Assembly: GCA_025558095.1 (NCBI GenBank)
Contig: JAIVFI010000016.1
Coordinates: forward strand, 62,001 to 126,000
Direction: 5' to 3'
Length of the DNA: 64,000 nucleotides
Origin: Hyaloraphidium curvatum SAG 235-1
Lineage: Eukaryota; Fungi; Monoblepharomycota
A model generated the notes under the pieces. That model did no database searches and had not been told where the DNA came from. It saw only the letters and a program-made list of their open reading frames with translations. Position 1 is the first letter of the stretch. Every line of letters starts with the position of its first letter. Positions 45,705 to 55,631 of the stretch are shown here, piece by piece. Both the position numbers and the translations under genes were made by a program.

Positions 45705-46135
45705 TGTTGGGAGGCAGGGGAGGACGGGTTGGTGGACGGGTGGGAGGGCGCGGGGATTGGGGAAGAAGCGGGGAAGGGGGTTGACGGTTGGGCACGGGAC
45801 GGCGGCATCGTCGGTCCGGATCTCTCGACCTTGGAGGCCCGTGGGTGATCCAGGCGTCAACACTCCGGAAACGGACTTCATGAGGTGCTGGAATCTGCTT
45901 TCAGGGCAATCCGGGGCGCCGTGTGCCACGGTTCCCGGGTCGTGCGACGAACGAGACGCCCGGCGCAAGACATCCGGCTTCTCGGAGAGTGCAACCAGGC
46001 CCGCAAATCGACCGGATCTTCTCAGAGCGCGAACAAACAGATATCCTTGGCGAGTGATTTACATAGGGTATGGAAGGGTACGGGTATCAGCAAAGCAGCT
46101 CAAGGGTAGTAACGCGGCTTGGCCTTCGCTGCCAC

Positions 46136-46922
46136 TCAGAACGTCGCCCCCTTGAGCACCTTCCCCTCCTTCCCCGCCCACATCTTTGGCGGCGCCCCCT
46201 GCCCCTCTAGGTTCTTTGGCAGCTCCCCCACGACGTCGCCGCGGAACTGCGCGAGCAGCCCGAGCTCGGCGAGCATCTCGGCGCCGAACACGCAGATGGA
46301 GCGCTGCCACGGGTGCACAAAGACGCCGTTCTTGTAGTCCGAGGTGGTGAAGAGGGTGTAGTCGCCTGGAAGTGAGGCGGCGTGAGCCGAGAGGACGGCA
46401 GGATGACGGAAGGCGAGGCGACCAACCGTCAGGGACCGCCGACCTCTCCCAGCTCTCGTACGACATCTTCTTGGCGTCGATGATGTACCCCTCGTGGTAC
46501 GGATCCGTGCAGTACACCGCCAGCGGCTTCTTGGCCGCCCCGCAGACGGCCTTGAGCGCCTGCGCCAGCCTGCGGTGCCAGTCCACGCACAGATCCACCC
46601 TGGCCTGCTCCGAGAACCCGTCGAGGGGCAGCAACATCGCCGCCGCCGAGAGCACCAGGAACGGGCCCGGCGGCCTGACGGCGGGCGCGTCCTTCCCCCC
46701 CGCGTTGGCGAACGCGAAGCGGTGCTTGAACTCGCGGAAGGCCTCGGTCTCCTGCGCCTCGGTCATTTTGCGCCAGCCGGGGGAGGAGGTGACGAGGTGC
46801 GGCGCGGTTTCGTCGTCGGAGAAGAGCTCGTCCTCGCCCTCGTCGGCGCCGTCGCGGCCGGCGGTCATGACCCACGGCGACTTGAGGTCCGTCGAGTGCC
46901 AGAAGCGCACGGGGCGGGCCAT
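46136..46922 (-). CDS. DUF2716-like protein
   Basis: YCTDPYHEGY..AVPDG|DYTLFTTSDYKNGVFVHPWQRSICVFGAEML fits the DUF2716 pattern (DWxHxxY..PDGDY..F...D...G.FGHPW..ICVFG). One intron. Confidence 0.65.
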
Positions 46923-47222
46923 GTCCCCGCAGGTGCAAAGAAGAATCCGAATACGTCAGATAGATATCAGAGCGGTCCGCAGCGGTCCAGAGAGTCCGGC
47001 AAGTTGTTGGGCGCCGGTCGCTGCACGGTTCCAATGCAGCTAGTCCCTTTCTCGTCACCACGTCCGCCAGCTCTGTTCTTGAAAAGCGCTATCTAGCACC
47101 GCTGCTCAGGAAACTATTCCAGCTTGGCATTCTTCGGCCTTTTCTCCCATTGAGGGGGAGGATCCGAGTTAGACGGACGCGTTTCCCGGACTCGATCCCC
47201 CTCGCGTTCCCTCACCGCCGCA

Positions 47223-48582
47223 ATGAGCGCGCCGGCCGCCGCCGCCGCGCCTTTGTGGTTCGCGTGCGCCGCGTGCCGCCGCCCCGTTCTGCCCGCCGCC
47301 GACCCCGTCGTCTTCCTCGCCGCCAACCGCCCCGCGTGCCCGCACGTCGCGTGCCGCGGCTGCGCGTCCCCGGCGGGCAATAAGCGCCGGCTGGACCAGG
47401 CGTGCCCCGCCCCGGGCTGCGGCGCAGAGTGGGACGCGCTGGGGCAGCTGAGGGACCAGGCGTTCGCGTGGTCGGTGTACCTGGACTCGGTGGTGGACTG
47501 CCCTTCCGGCTGCGGGACGAAAGAGAGGGTGGCACAGCTGGAGGCGCACAGAAGGCGGTGCGCGGGGAAAATGTGTCCGGGGTGCGGGTACAGGAGTGGG
47601 TGGGGGGCCGATCCCGCGGACGCGGACGTGGGTTGCAAGCGGCCCCTCGTCCGCGTAGCCGACTTGCTCACCCCGTCCGCCTTCCAGCGCCACGTGGAAG
47701 CGTGCCCGGACGTCCCCATCGAGTGCGCGAACCCGGGTTGCGGCGCAAAAGTGCCCCGGCGCCTCGCACCGGAGCACCAATCCTCGTGCCCCAAGCGGAT
47801 CGTCACATGCCCCTTTTCGCTGTGCACGCACCAGGTACTTCTGCTCCCTGGATTGTGCTTCGTGCGCCTTCTGATTGCATCTTTCGCACCTTCCCGAACA
47901 GTGCACCGCGGATACCCTCAAGTGCCACACCGACGCCTCGCAGGAGGAGCACCACAACCTCGCCGCCGCCGCCCTCTCGGACCTCCGGCAGGAGCTCACC
48001 GCGCAGCTCCAGGAGGCCGAAGCGCTGCAGCGCGAGCGCATGGCCGCCGCGTGCTCGCAGGTGGTCCGCATCCTCGTCGGCACCGAGGAGACGGGGCTGC
48101 CCCCCGCGCCGCTGCCGACCGAGTGCAAGCCCGCGAGCAAGACCACCGAGAGCGGGACAAAGTACATGTCGGCGCCGTTCGTCTTTTCCGGGGTGCGGTT
48201 CACGCTCATGGCCAAGTTCGACGACGTGCGGGACACGTACGCGGTCTTCATCCGGCTCGGCCCCGGAGGCAGGCACGCCTGGGCAGAGGTCAAGTGGTCC
48301 TTCTGCTTCGTCAACCCCCTCGCGGGCGGCGGCACGCGGCGGGAGCAGCGCGCGCTGCTGGCCAACGACGAGAAGGGGGTGGGGTTCCTGACCATCGCCA
48401 ACAAGGCGCAGGTGCTGGATCCCGCCGAGGGGTTCCTGGAGGAGATAAAGGGGCTCAAGTACCTGGTGTTCAGGGTGTCGATGTACGTCAAGGACGCGGT
48501 GCTGGAGGTGGATGCGCGCGGGGATACGAGGAGGACGAAGACGCTCAAGGACGAGGCGGAGTGGCCCGAGGCGCCGTTTTGA
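47223..48582 (+). CDS. TRAF-like protein: RING-like + TRAF zinc fingers + coiled coil + MATH domain
   Basis: CAAC..CPHVACRGC..CPAPGC RING; zinc fingers CPSGC..H..C, CANPGC..HQSSC, CPFSLC..H; coiled coil; MATH strands SAPFVFSGVRFTL, YAVFIRL, VKWSFCFVN, GVGF, GFL..LVFRVSM. Intron 47835-47901. Confidence 0.82.
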
Positions 48583-48683
48583 TCGGACGATGAGAGCGGT
48601 GGGCCGTTTTGGAGAGACGGAAGTGGTGGCGGAGCCTTTCTAATGGTGACAATACCACGTTTTACCTACCCTGCCGCGCTCTT

Positions 48684-51600
48684 TCAGTTCCCGAGCCACT
48701 TCCAGATGTATTTCGCCGCCTGCACGAGGGTGCTTTTGCCATGCAGCGCGACAGTCACCTGGCCTCCGGCCCCCGCGCTGAGGAACGGCTGCGTCTTTGC
48801 CGGGATCAAGATCCGGGCGGACACGTATGCCGTTCCGGGGAGGGTCCTTGTCCCGGCATCGGAGATTTCGGCGACCGTTGTGGAAACCCTGCGGATAACG
48901 GCATCAGATCGAGGCGATGGCCGTGCGGCCCGACCCGCTCAAGCTCACGTAAGGTCGGCCGAGAGTCCGGTCCATTTCTCCACGGCCTTGGGCACCCCGA
49001 CGCTGAATACGGGCACCGTCCGTACCTGCGCCGAAGCCCCCTTGGCCGAGTCCACGCCCGCGCAGCTGTTGGCCGCGCACGCCTCCGCGAAGCCGGACCA
49101 GCGCGCGTCGGGGTCCCATGCGGCCCCGACGTTGACCGAGGCGAGGTTGACGTCGAGGAGGGCGGCCTCGCCGGTTCCCACCGAGATGCCGGCGCTCGCG
49201 TGGGCGCCGACGTAGACGCCTTGCACGAGGGAAGGCTTCCCGGACCGGTCCGACGCATCGGGCAGGGGGCCGCACTCCCCTGAAGTCGGAGCTCCAGCGG
49301 CTACGGCAGCTCCCGGAGTCGGCAGCTTGTCGGATCCGTCCGATCCAACCGGTGCTTCCGGTCCTGCATGCGTGGCCTGCGCTTGTGGCTTGCCGTACCC
49401 TCTCGGCTGGGCCTCCGTGCGAGTACTCTTCGCGGGAGCCGGATCCTCGGTCATCCTCCTTGGCTGGGCGTCGTCCGCAGATGGAGCTTCAGATCGGGAG
49501 GCAGGCTCTCGGCCCTCGTCCCCAGCACCATCCCCGCCTGTCTCCGAACTAGATCCTCGAGCCGATCCAGGGGGTGATCCCGTCCCGCCCCCGTCCCCGT
49601 CCCCGGAGGCTGCCATCTTCCACTGGCGGCCCATGTTCGTGCCCGCCGCATAGATGGCCCCCAGCCCGCCGTACAGTGCGCCGTTGATCGCGGCCTGGCC
49701 GATGTCGTCACCCAGCAGCGCGGCGCCTGCCGCCCCCCCCAGGGTGCTCTGGACCGTCTTGTACGCCGTGTCCAGAGCGACACCTCCCACGTCGATGGGA
49801 GCCGAGGGCGGCGGAGTGGGCGACGGCACCACCGCCGACGAGATCTGTGAGACTGCGCCGCCCGCGGCGCCGACCACGAGGCCACCGACCATGGCCTTGC
49901 CGACGCCATCCATCAACGGCCGTCCCTCGACGGCGTTGATCGCCATCGTCGATGCTCCCGCGGAGAGCGAAGCGCTGGCGGCCGCGGAGCCGACGTCCAC
50001 GGCGATCTTGGCCACCCCCTGCACGGATCCCGCCAGCGCCGACACGCCGGCACCCACGGCGGCGCCGATCCCGGCCCCGACGAGCCCCGCGGCAACCCCG
50101 ATCGCGCCGACCTTGAGGAACTCGCCCCATTCCATCCCGCCGTCGCTCAGCGCGGTCCTGACGGTCATCCCGATCCCCGCGGACACCACCGCGCCCCCCA
50201 CGACCGCCGCCAACCCCGCGGTGCACACGCACAGCGCGACGCCGGCGAGGCTGACAGCGACCCCGACGGCGATCTGCACCAGCTTGCGCCACCACGGCCT
50301 GCGGGCTTCCTGCAGCCCCTTGTCGGCGGCGGCGAGGGCGGCGTCCGCGGCCCGGATCCGGCCGGCGATCGCCTCGAGCTCCGCCCCGCCGGCAACGAGC
50401 TGCTCCCGGGCGTGCGCGTAGAGCCCGTCGATCTCCCCGGCCGCCGCGGCCGCGACCTCCCCGTACCTGCGGTCCGACTCGGCCAGCGCCACGGCGAGGT
50501 CCCGCCCCATGCCCTCCCGTGCATCCCGCGCGGCCCCGGCGATCCCCCGAGCGCCGGCATCGAACGCCGCCGAGAGCTCCCCGGTCAGCTCGGCGCCTAC
50601 CTCGCGGATGCGCGCCGCGCAGGCCGCCATCTGGTCGACGCGGGCCGAGGCCATGGCTTCCGCCATGCTCTCGTAGTCGGCCTTGCGGGTCCCGGCGATC
50701 TCGATCCCATGCACGGCCTGCGAGACCCATTCGGCCTGCTGCCGGACGAAGGCCACCAGGGTCTCGGCGGCGTCGTCGCCCGCGGCTTCGAGGCGGAACG
50801 TTTTCTCCCAGATGGCGATCCTCTCGGCCACGAACTCGACCGTCGCATCCCGCGTCCGCAGCACCGCGTCGACGACGATCGATTGCCAGAGCCGCTGCGC
50901 CAGCGACTCGTCGGCCGCGGTCGCCGCCGCCGCGCACCGCCTGCGCACGGCGGAGAAGGCCCGGTTGGCCGCACGGTCGAGCCTGCGGAAGCACGCCGCG
51001 GTATTCTCCGCGTCCAGCAGGACGAACGGCGGCGCGGAAAGCTCCCCGCGCAGGCCTCGGTGCGCCGCGGCGACGGCGAGGGTGTGCGCGGCGAACAGTT
51101 CCGCCGGGGTCGGGATGCGCCCCCCCGCCGCAGCCCCGGCGAGGGCGGCGGGCAGGTCCCACGATCCGAGGCGCTCCTTCAGCTCGGCGGCGTAGACTTG
51201 GCCCGCGGCACGGGCGGCGCCGTGGGCGGCATCGACCGCGGCCGCACGCTGCAGGTCGTACGCGCTCGGGAAGCGGTCGCCTTCGGCATCGGCGAGCCGA
51301 GCCAGGCGGCGGACGTATGGCGCGGGCTCGAAGGGCGCAAAGGCGGGGTCGCAGATGGGGGAGCAGAGTGCGGCGGCCAGCTCGTTGGCGAGCTCAGGGG
51401 CCGATCCCGCATGCGGCCAGACGGCGAAAGAGGCATGGGAGAACAAGGTCTGCCGGTACGGAGTGCGAAACGGCGCGAGTCAGCTGCTCGTGCTTGCTGG
51501 GAGCGCAGCTTTGTAAACGGTGCCGCACCTTCACGCTCTCCTGGTTCCTCCGCAGCACCGTGTCGCCCGCCTGCGCAGCGAGGGCGTCCGCCTGTGCCCG

Positions 51601-52164
51601 ATCGGCCACGCCGGCAAAGTGGACGACGTGCGCCGCGGGCTTGAAGGCCGAGCCGAAGGCGGCAACAAGGGATCCGCTCGCGGCGGCGGGGGCGAGCACC
51701 TCCGAGAGCCACGCCGGGACGGCCGACGGCGCGTTCTCCGCGGCGACGACCACGTGGGCGCCGGCGAGGCAGCCGCGCGGCAGGGCGCCGGGGAACACCG
51801 AGAACACCAGCCAGCGCGGCCGCGGGGCCGGCAGGAGGATGCAGAACGCGTGGGGCTGCGAGGCCGCGCGCAGGTCGGCCGGGGCCGCGAGGCGTGAACC
51901 GTCGCCCAGCAGCGCCGTGGCGAGGCGGCCGGCGACGTCCCACACCTGATGGCACGCGGTGCCTGTGATGGCAATGGGGACCACGGGAACGTTCAGCAGC
52001 GCGATGGCCGGCAGCCCCTCGGCCGTGCGGTCACTCAAAAGTACCGGCACCACGCGGGCACGCCGCTGCCCCGCGACGGCGAACTGCGGCAGCGGCTCCA
52101 GCCCGGCGGGGACCGGCGCCGCGGCGTGGGAGGCATCGGCGGCGATCGGCTCGACGGCGGCCAT
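48684..52164 (-). CDS. Degenerate GBP-like (pseudo)GTPase + helical/coiled-coil region + glycine-zipper hydrophobic region + beta-rich C-terminal domain (~1113 aa)
   Basis: Exons 52164-51529, 51449-48949 and 48888-48684 (GT-AG introns of 79 and 60 nt) splice in-frame. N-terminal AIALLNVPVVPIAITG lacks GKS/T. YVRRL..FPSAYDL..AAGQVYAAEL..PTPAELFAAH resembles the GBP middle domain. PWWRKLVQIAVGVAVSLAGVAL.. begins a long G/A/V zipper. Confidence 0.65.
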
Positions 52165-52187
52165 TCTGTCGTGGATGCCTCGCCTGC

Positions 52188-52240
52188 GCAGCTGATCGCA
52201 GCCGAATGCCCGCTGATCGCAGCCGAATGCGATCAGCTGC
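52188..52240. promoter_or_regulatory. Direct + inverted repeat in the 248-bp bidirectional promoter of the GBP-like pair
   Basis: GCTGATCGCAGCCGAATGC at 52191-52209 and 52212-52230; perfect 13-bp inverted repeat GCAGCTGATCGCA (52188-52200) / TGCGATCAGCTGC (52228-52240). Confidence 0.45.
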
Positions 52241-52412
52241 TTACGAAACTCATGGTGGCGCGGCGCGTTGAGATTGAGCTGATCGGATTGAGATCCTGGG
52301 AGGTCACAGGGCGTCAGCCAGGTTACTTGAGACCCGCGCCGCCCCGCAATCCCGCAACGTCAAACTCCAATTGTCGGCAGCAGAACCGCAAGCAGGCACC
52401 TCCGGCGTAACG

Positions 52413-55400
52413 ATGCGTGAGTGTCCGCCGCCGCACCGCGGCCGCCCCGCGCTGACGCCCTCCGCAGCCTTCGCTCTGTTCCCGCGGCCCGACATTCTCG
52501 TTGTCGCCGTCGTCCAGCGGGGCGGCGACACGTACACAATCGCAGAGTGGCGCCGGCCCGGCGCTCCGGCGTTCGCCGACATCGACGCCGCCGTCGCGAC
52601 CTCGTGGCGCCCCGCTGCGAGCGGCATCTCGCGCATGGTCTTTGGCGGCCACAGCTTCGACTCGCTCCACGCCGCGCTGCCGCCCGCCGAAGATGGCCAG
52701 CCCCAAGTGCACGTCATGGGCATCCGTCGTGAAGGCATCGAGGTCACCATGGCGTACACGGCGACGTTCTGGCGGCTCCACACCGTGCCGCTGCCCGCCG
52801 TGCCCGCGGCCATCCTGCTGATGGCCGAGGAGACCGCCTCGGCTTCGCCCTCGTCTCTGGGGGCCAACTTCTACCAAGTCATGATCGGCAACTTCGTTGG
52901 GGCCTTCAGGGTCGGCAGCGAGGTCCTGGATCTCGCCCGCGCCCTGAACCCGCCGCGGCGGGACGCCCTGCGCGTGCACGCCCGCGCCATCGGCATCGTC
53001 GACGAGGGCCACCCCAGGCCCGACGACCTGCGGCCGATCCTGGTGCCGAACCAAGCCGGCCTCGAGGCCCTGCGCGGCATGGCCGAGGAGAACGCCTCGG
53101 CCGACCGGCCCGTGCACCCGCAGGCCATCATCGGCAGCGTGCGCAGGGGCAAGACCACGCTCAACAACATCATGCTCCGCATTGCTAACGAGGTCAGCAC
53201 CGACAGGCTCGGCACCACCGAGTACGGCTACTACGACTCGGCGTCGGTGCCCTTTTTCTTCCTCGCCTCCAACGCCGGGAGGTCCGTCACCAGGGGCGTC
53301 CAGGCCTACGCGATCGAGACCTTGAACAGGACCGTGCTCCTCCTGGACTTCGAGGGGTTCGACAGCGAGGCTCCTCACGCCGAGATCGGGGAGCCCGGCC
53401 CGTCGTCCGCCGCGGGCCCCTCCAACGCGCCCGCGCCGACCTGGAACCACGCCAACCGCCGCGAGTTCGACACCCGCCTCTACGCCCTCGCCATCGCCAT
53501 CGCACCCACCGTCGTCTTCAACGCCTCGGGGATCGTGTCGGCCTCGCTCACGCTGGACAGCATCGCGGCTCTGCACGGGTCGGCCCTAAACCGGCGCATC
53601 GTGCCGCCCGGGGGCCGCGGCTCGTCGTTCCTGATGATGGTGATGCAGAACCACCCCGACGTCGGGCACGACTCGAGGCAGGACTTTGGCGCCTGGCTGG
53701 ACCGCAACGGCCGCAGGGCCGTCTTCGCCACCACCTTTGGCGACTACGCCGTGGTCAACGTGCCCGGGCCCGAGATCGACCCCGCCCTCGAGGTGTCCCG
53801 CATGCCGGCGGAGCGGCTGCGCAGGAACGGTTACCTGGGCCAGATCATGCGGGCCTGGGAAACCGCAAGGGAGAACGGGCAGCCCGTGCCGGGCGACCTG
53901 GTCAGGCTGATCGAGGTGGGGTCCCGCGTACGTGTTTGTGGGGTACCGCGGCTCATCCAATGTCGCACGCAGGACTCGACGGCGGCCATCAACGCCACCG
54001 CAAACCTCAACTCGTACGGGCAGGACGACTACCAGACCACGCAGCAGATCCGGAGCCACGCCGCGGCGACGGTCGCGGCGCACCGCGCCGCCCTGGAGGC
54101 CAGGCGCCAGGCCGTCGATGCCACGGCCGACGTCTCGCAGCTCGAGACGGCGCAGGAGCTCAGCGCCTTCCTGCACACGGAGCGGCACCGCGCGATCGGG
54201 AACTTCCGCGCCGTCCCCAACCTCTCGGATCAGCACAGGGCCATGCACGGCAACGCCATCGAGCAGGAAGAGCGCCTCATGTGCGAGCAGGTCGACGCCG
54301 CGGCGGACCTCCTCCTGGCCACCTACGCAGCCGCCTCGCGCCGCCACCTGGCCGCCCTCGTCGACGGGATCCGCAACGCCGTGCCGCCCGCAGCCGACTA
54401 CGTGCCCAGCGCCGCGAACCCGACCGCGGATCCCGCCCGGTTCCGCCAGTGGATCGACGAGCGGCTGCGGAGCTTCGACGGCACGGCAAGGGGGCCCAAC
54501 GACGCCGTCACCGCGGCCAGGGAGCGGCTCGCCAGCGACCTCGGGTCGTTCCTGCGGCTGTACCAGCAGCAGGCGGAGGATTTCCGCCGGGCCGAGCGGC
54601 GCGCGCGGGAGCAGGAGGAGCGGACGCGCCAGGAGCAGGAGCGCATGAGGGCCGAGCGCGAGCGCATGGAGGGGGACCTCAGGGCGCAGGCAGAGCTGCG
54701 GCAGCGGCAGATGGAAGAGCAGGCCCGGCAGGCCGCGGAGGAGCTCGGCCGGGAGAGGGAGGCGGCGGCAGCTCAGCTCCGCGAGGTCAATGCCAGGCAC
54801 ATGCAGGACCTTCGGGATACTCAGGCCGAGATGAGGTCCCAGGCGCAGCAGCAGCTCGAGGAAACCGTGGCCCCGCTCAACCGACGCATCCAGGAGCTTT
54901 CCGCCGACGTCGCACGGGAGACTGCGCGGGCCAACGACCTGCAGCGCCAGGCTGACGAGCTCAGGAACAGGGGCGGATGCTTCGCCTCGTCGTGCACGGC
55001 CGAGCTCGAGGATGGCCGCCGCATCGGCGTGGCCGAACTGCGGGTCGGGGACCACGTGCGCGTTGCGCGCGGGGGATTCGAGCCCGTCGTTGGCTTCTAC
55101 GACGCCGATACCGACGCGGAGCCGTGCTTCCTCGAGGTTGCTTTCGGGCTGCAGGACGGCCAGTCGGGCATGATCACGCTCACTCACAACCACATGGTCA
55201 TCGCCAGCAACGGCAGCGGCCCGGCCTTGCCCATGCAGGCGCACAAGCTGATCCCCGGCACCAGCTTCCTCATGCTCGCGGGGAGCATGGACCCTGTTCC
55301 CGTGGTCTCGGTGCGCGCCTCAGATGTCCGCGGAGCCTACTCCCCCGCCACCCCCGGCGGCACCATTGCCGTCTCGGACCGCGGCCCGGCGGTCGTGGCC

Positions 55401-55631
55401 TCCTGCTACGCTAAGCCCTCGACGTTCAGCAAGCTGGCCTGGGACGACGCCGCGGTGGATGCGGCACTGCACGGGGCGTCGTGGTTGCTGCGCATGTGGT
55501 GGGCCGCATCCGGGTTGGCGGGCTGGCCGTTGGCGGGAGGTGCGGCGGGAACTGGCAAGGCTGGGCCGGGAGTTCGGGCCCTCAAGGCCGCAGCAGCGGC
55601 AGCGTTCTCCTGGATTGGGCTGCTGGACTGA
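52413..55631 (+). CDS. GBP/atlastin-family GTPase + coiled coil + Hedgehog-type Hint (Hog) domain
   Basis: G1 IIGSVRRGKTT (53133-53156), G2 RSVTRGV, G3 LLLDFEG, FDTRLYALAIAIAPTVVFN; E/R/Q coiled coil; GG|CFA (Cys at 54978), LRVGDHV, GFYDAD, LTHNHM, GAYSPATPGGTIAV..VASCYA, SRR-like ALHGASWLLRMWW. In-frame introns 52417-52467 and 53916-53972. Confidence 0.88.
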   Translation: MRECPPPHRGRPALTPSAAFALFPRPDILVVAVVQRGGDTYTIAEWRRPGAPAFADIDAAVATSWRPAASGISRMVFGGHSFDSLHAALPPAEDGQPQVHVMGIRREGIEVTMAYTATFWRLHTVPLPAVPAAILLMAEETASASPSSLGANFYQVMIGNFVGAFRVGSEVLDLARALNPPRRDALRVHARAIGIVDEGHPRPDDLRPILVPNQAGLEALRGMAEENASADRPVHPQAIIGSVRRGKTTLNNIMLRIANEVSTDRLGTTEYGYYDSASVPFFFLASNAGRSVTRGVQAYAIETLNRTVLLLDFEGFDSEAPHAEIGEPGPSSAAGPSNAPAPTWNHANRREFDTRLYALAIAIAPTVVFNASGIVSASLTLDSIAALHGSALNRRIVPPGGRGSSFLMMVMQNHPDVGHDSRQDFGAWLDRNGRRAVFATTFGDYAVVNVPGPEIDPALEVSRMPAERLRRNGYLGQIMRAWETARENGQPVPGDLVRLIEVGSRVRVCGVPRLIQCRTQDSTAAINATANLNSYGQDDYQTTQQIRSHAAATVAAHRAALEARRQAVDATADVSQLETAQELSAFLHTERHRAIGNFRAVPNLSDQHRAMHGNAIEQEERLMCEQVDAAADLLLATYAAASRRHLAALVDGIRNAVPPAADYVPSAANPTADPARFRQWIDERLRSFDGTARGPNDAVTAARERLASDLGSFLRLYQQQAEDFRRAERRAREQEERTRQEQERMRAERERMEGDLRAQAELRQRQMEEQARQAAEELGREREAAAAQLREVNARHMQDLRDTQAEMRSQAQQQLEETVAPLNRRIQELSADVARETARANDLQRQADELRNRGGCFASSCTAELEDGRRIGVAELRVGDHVRVARGGFEPVVGFYDADTDAEPCFLEVAFGLQDGQSGMITLTHNHMVIASNGSGPALPMQAHKLIPGTSFLMLAGSMDPVPVVSVRASDVRGAYSPATPGGTIAVSDRGPAVVASCYAKPSTFSKLAWDDAAVDAALHGASWLLRMWWAASGLAGWPLAGGAAGTGKAGPGVRALKAAAAAAFSWIGLLD

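Noticed and set aside
54978-55412. Hint domain as a true self-splicing intein
   Set aside because: There is no terminal His-Asn followed by Cys/Ser/Thr and no homing endonuclease; it ends in the Hedgehog-type ASCYA plus an SRR-like helix.
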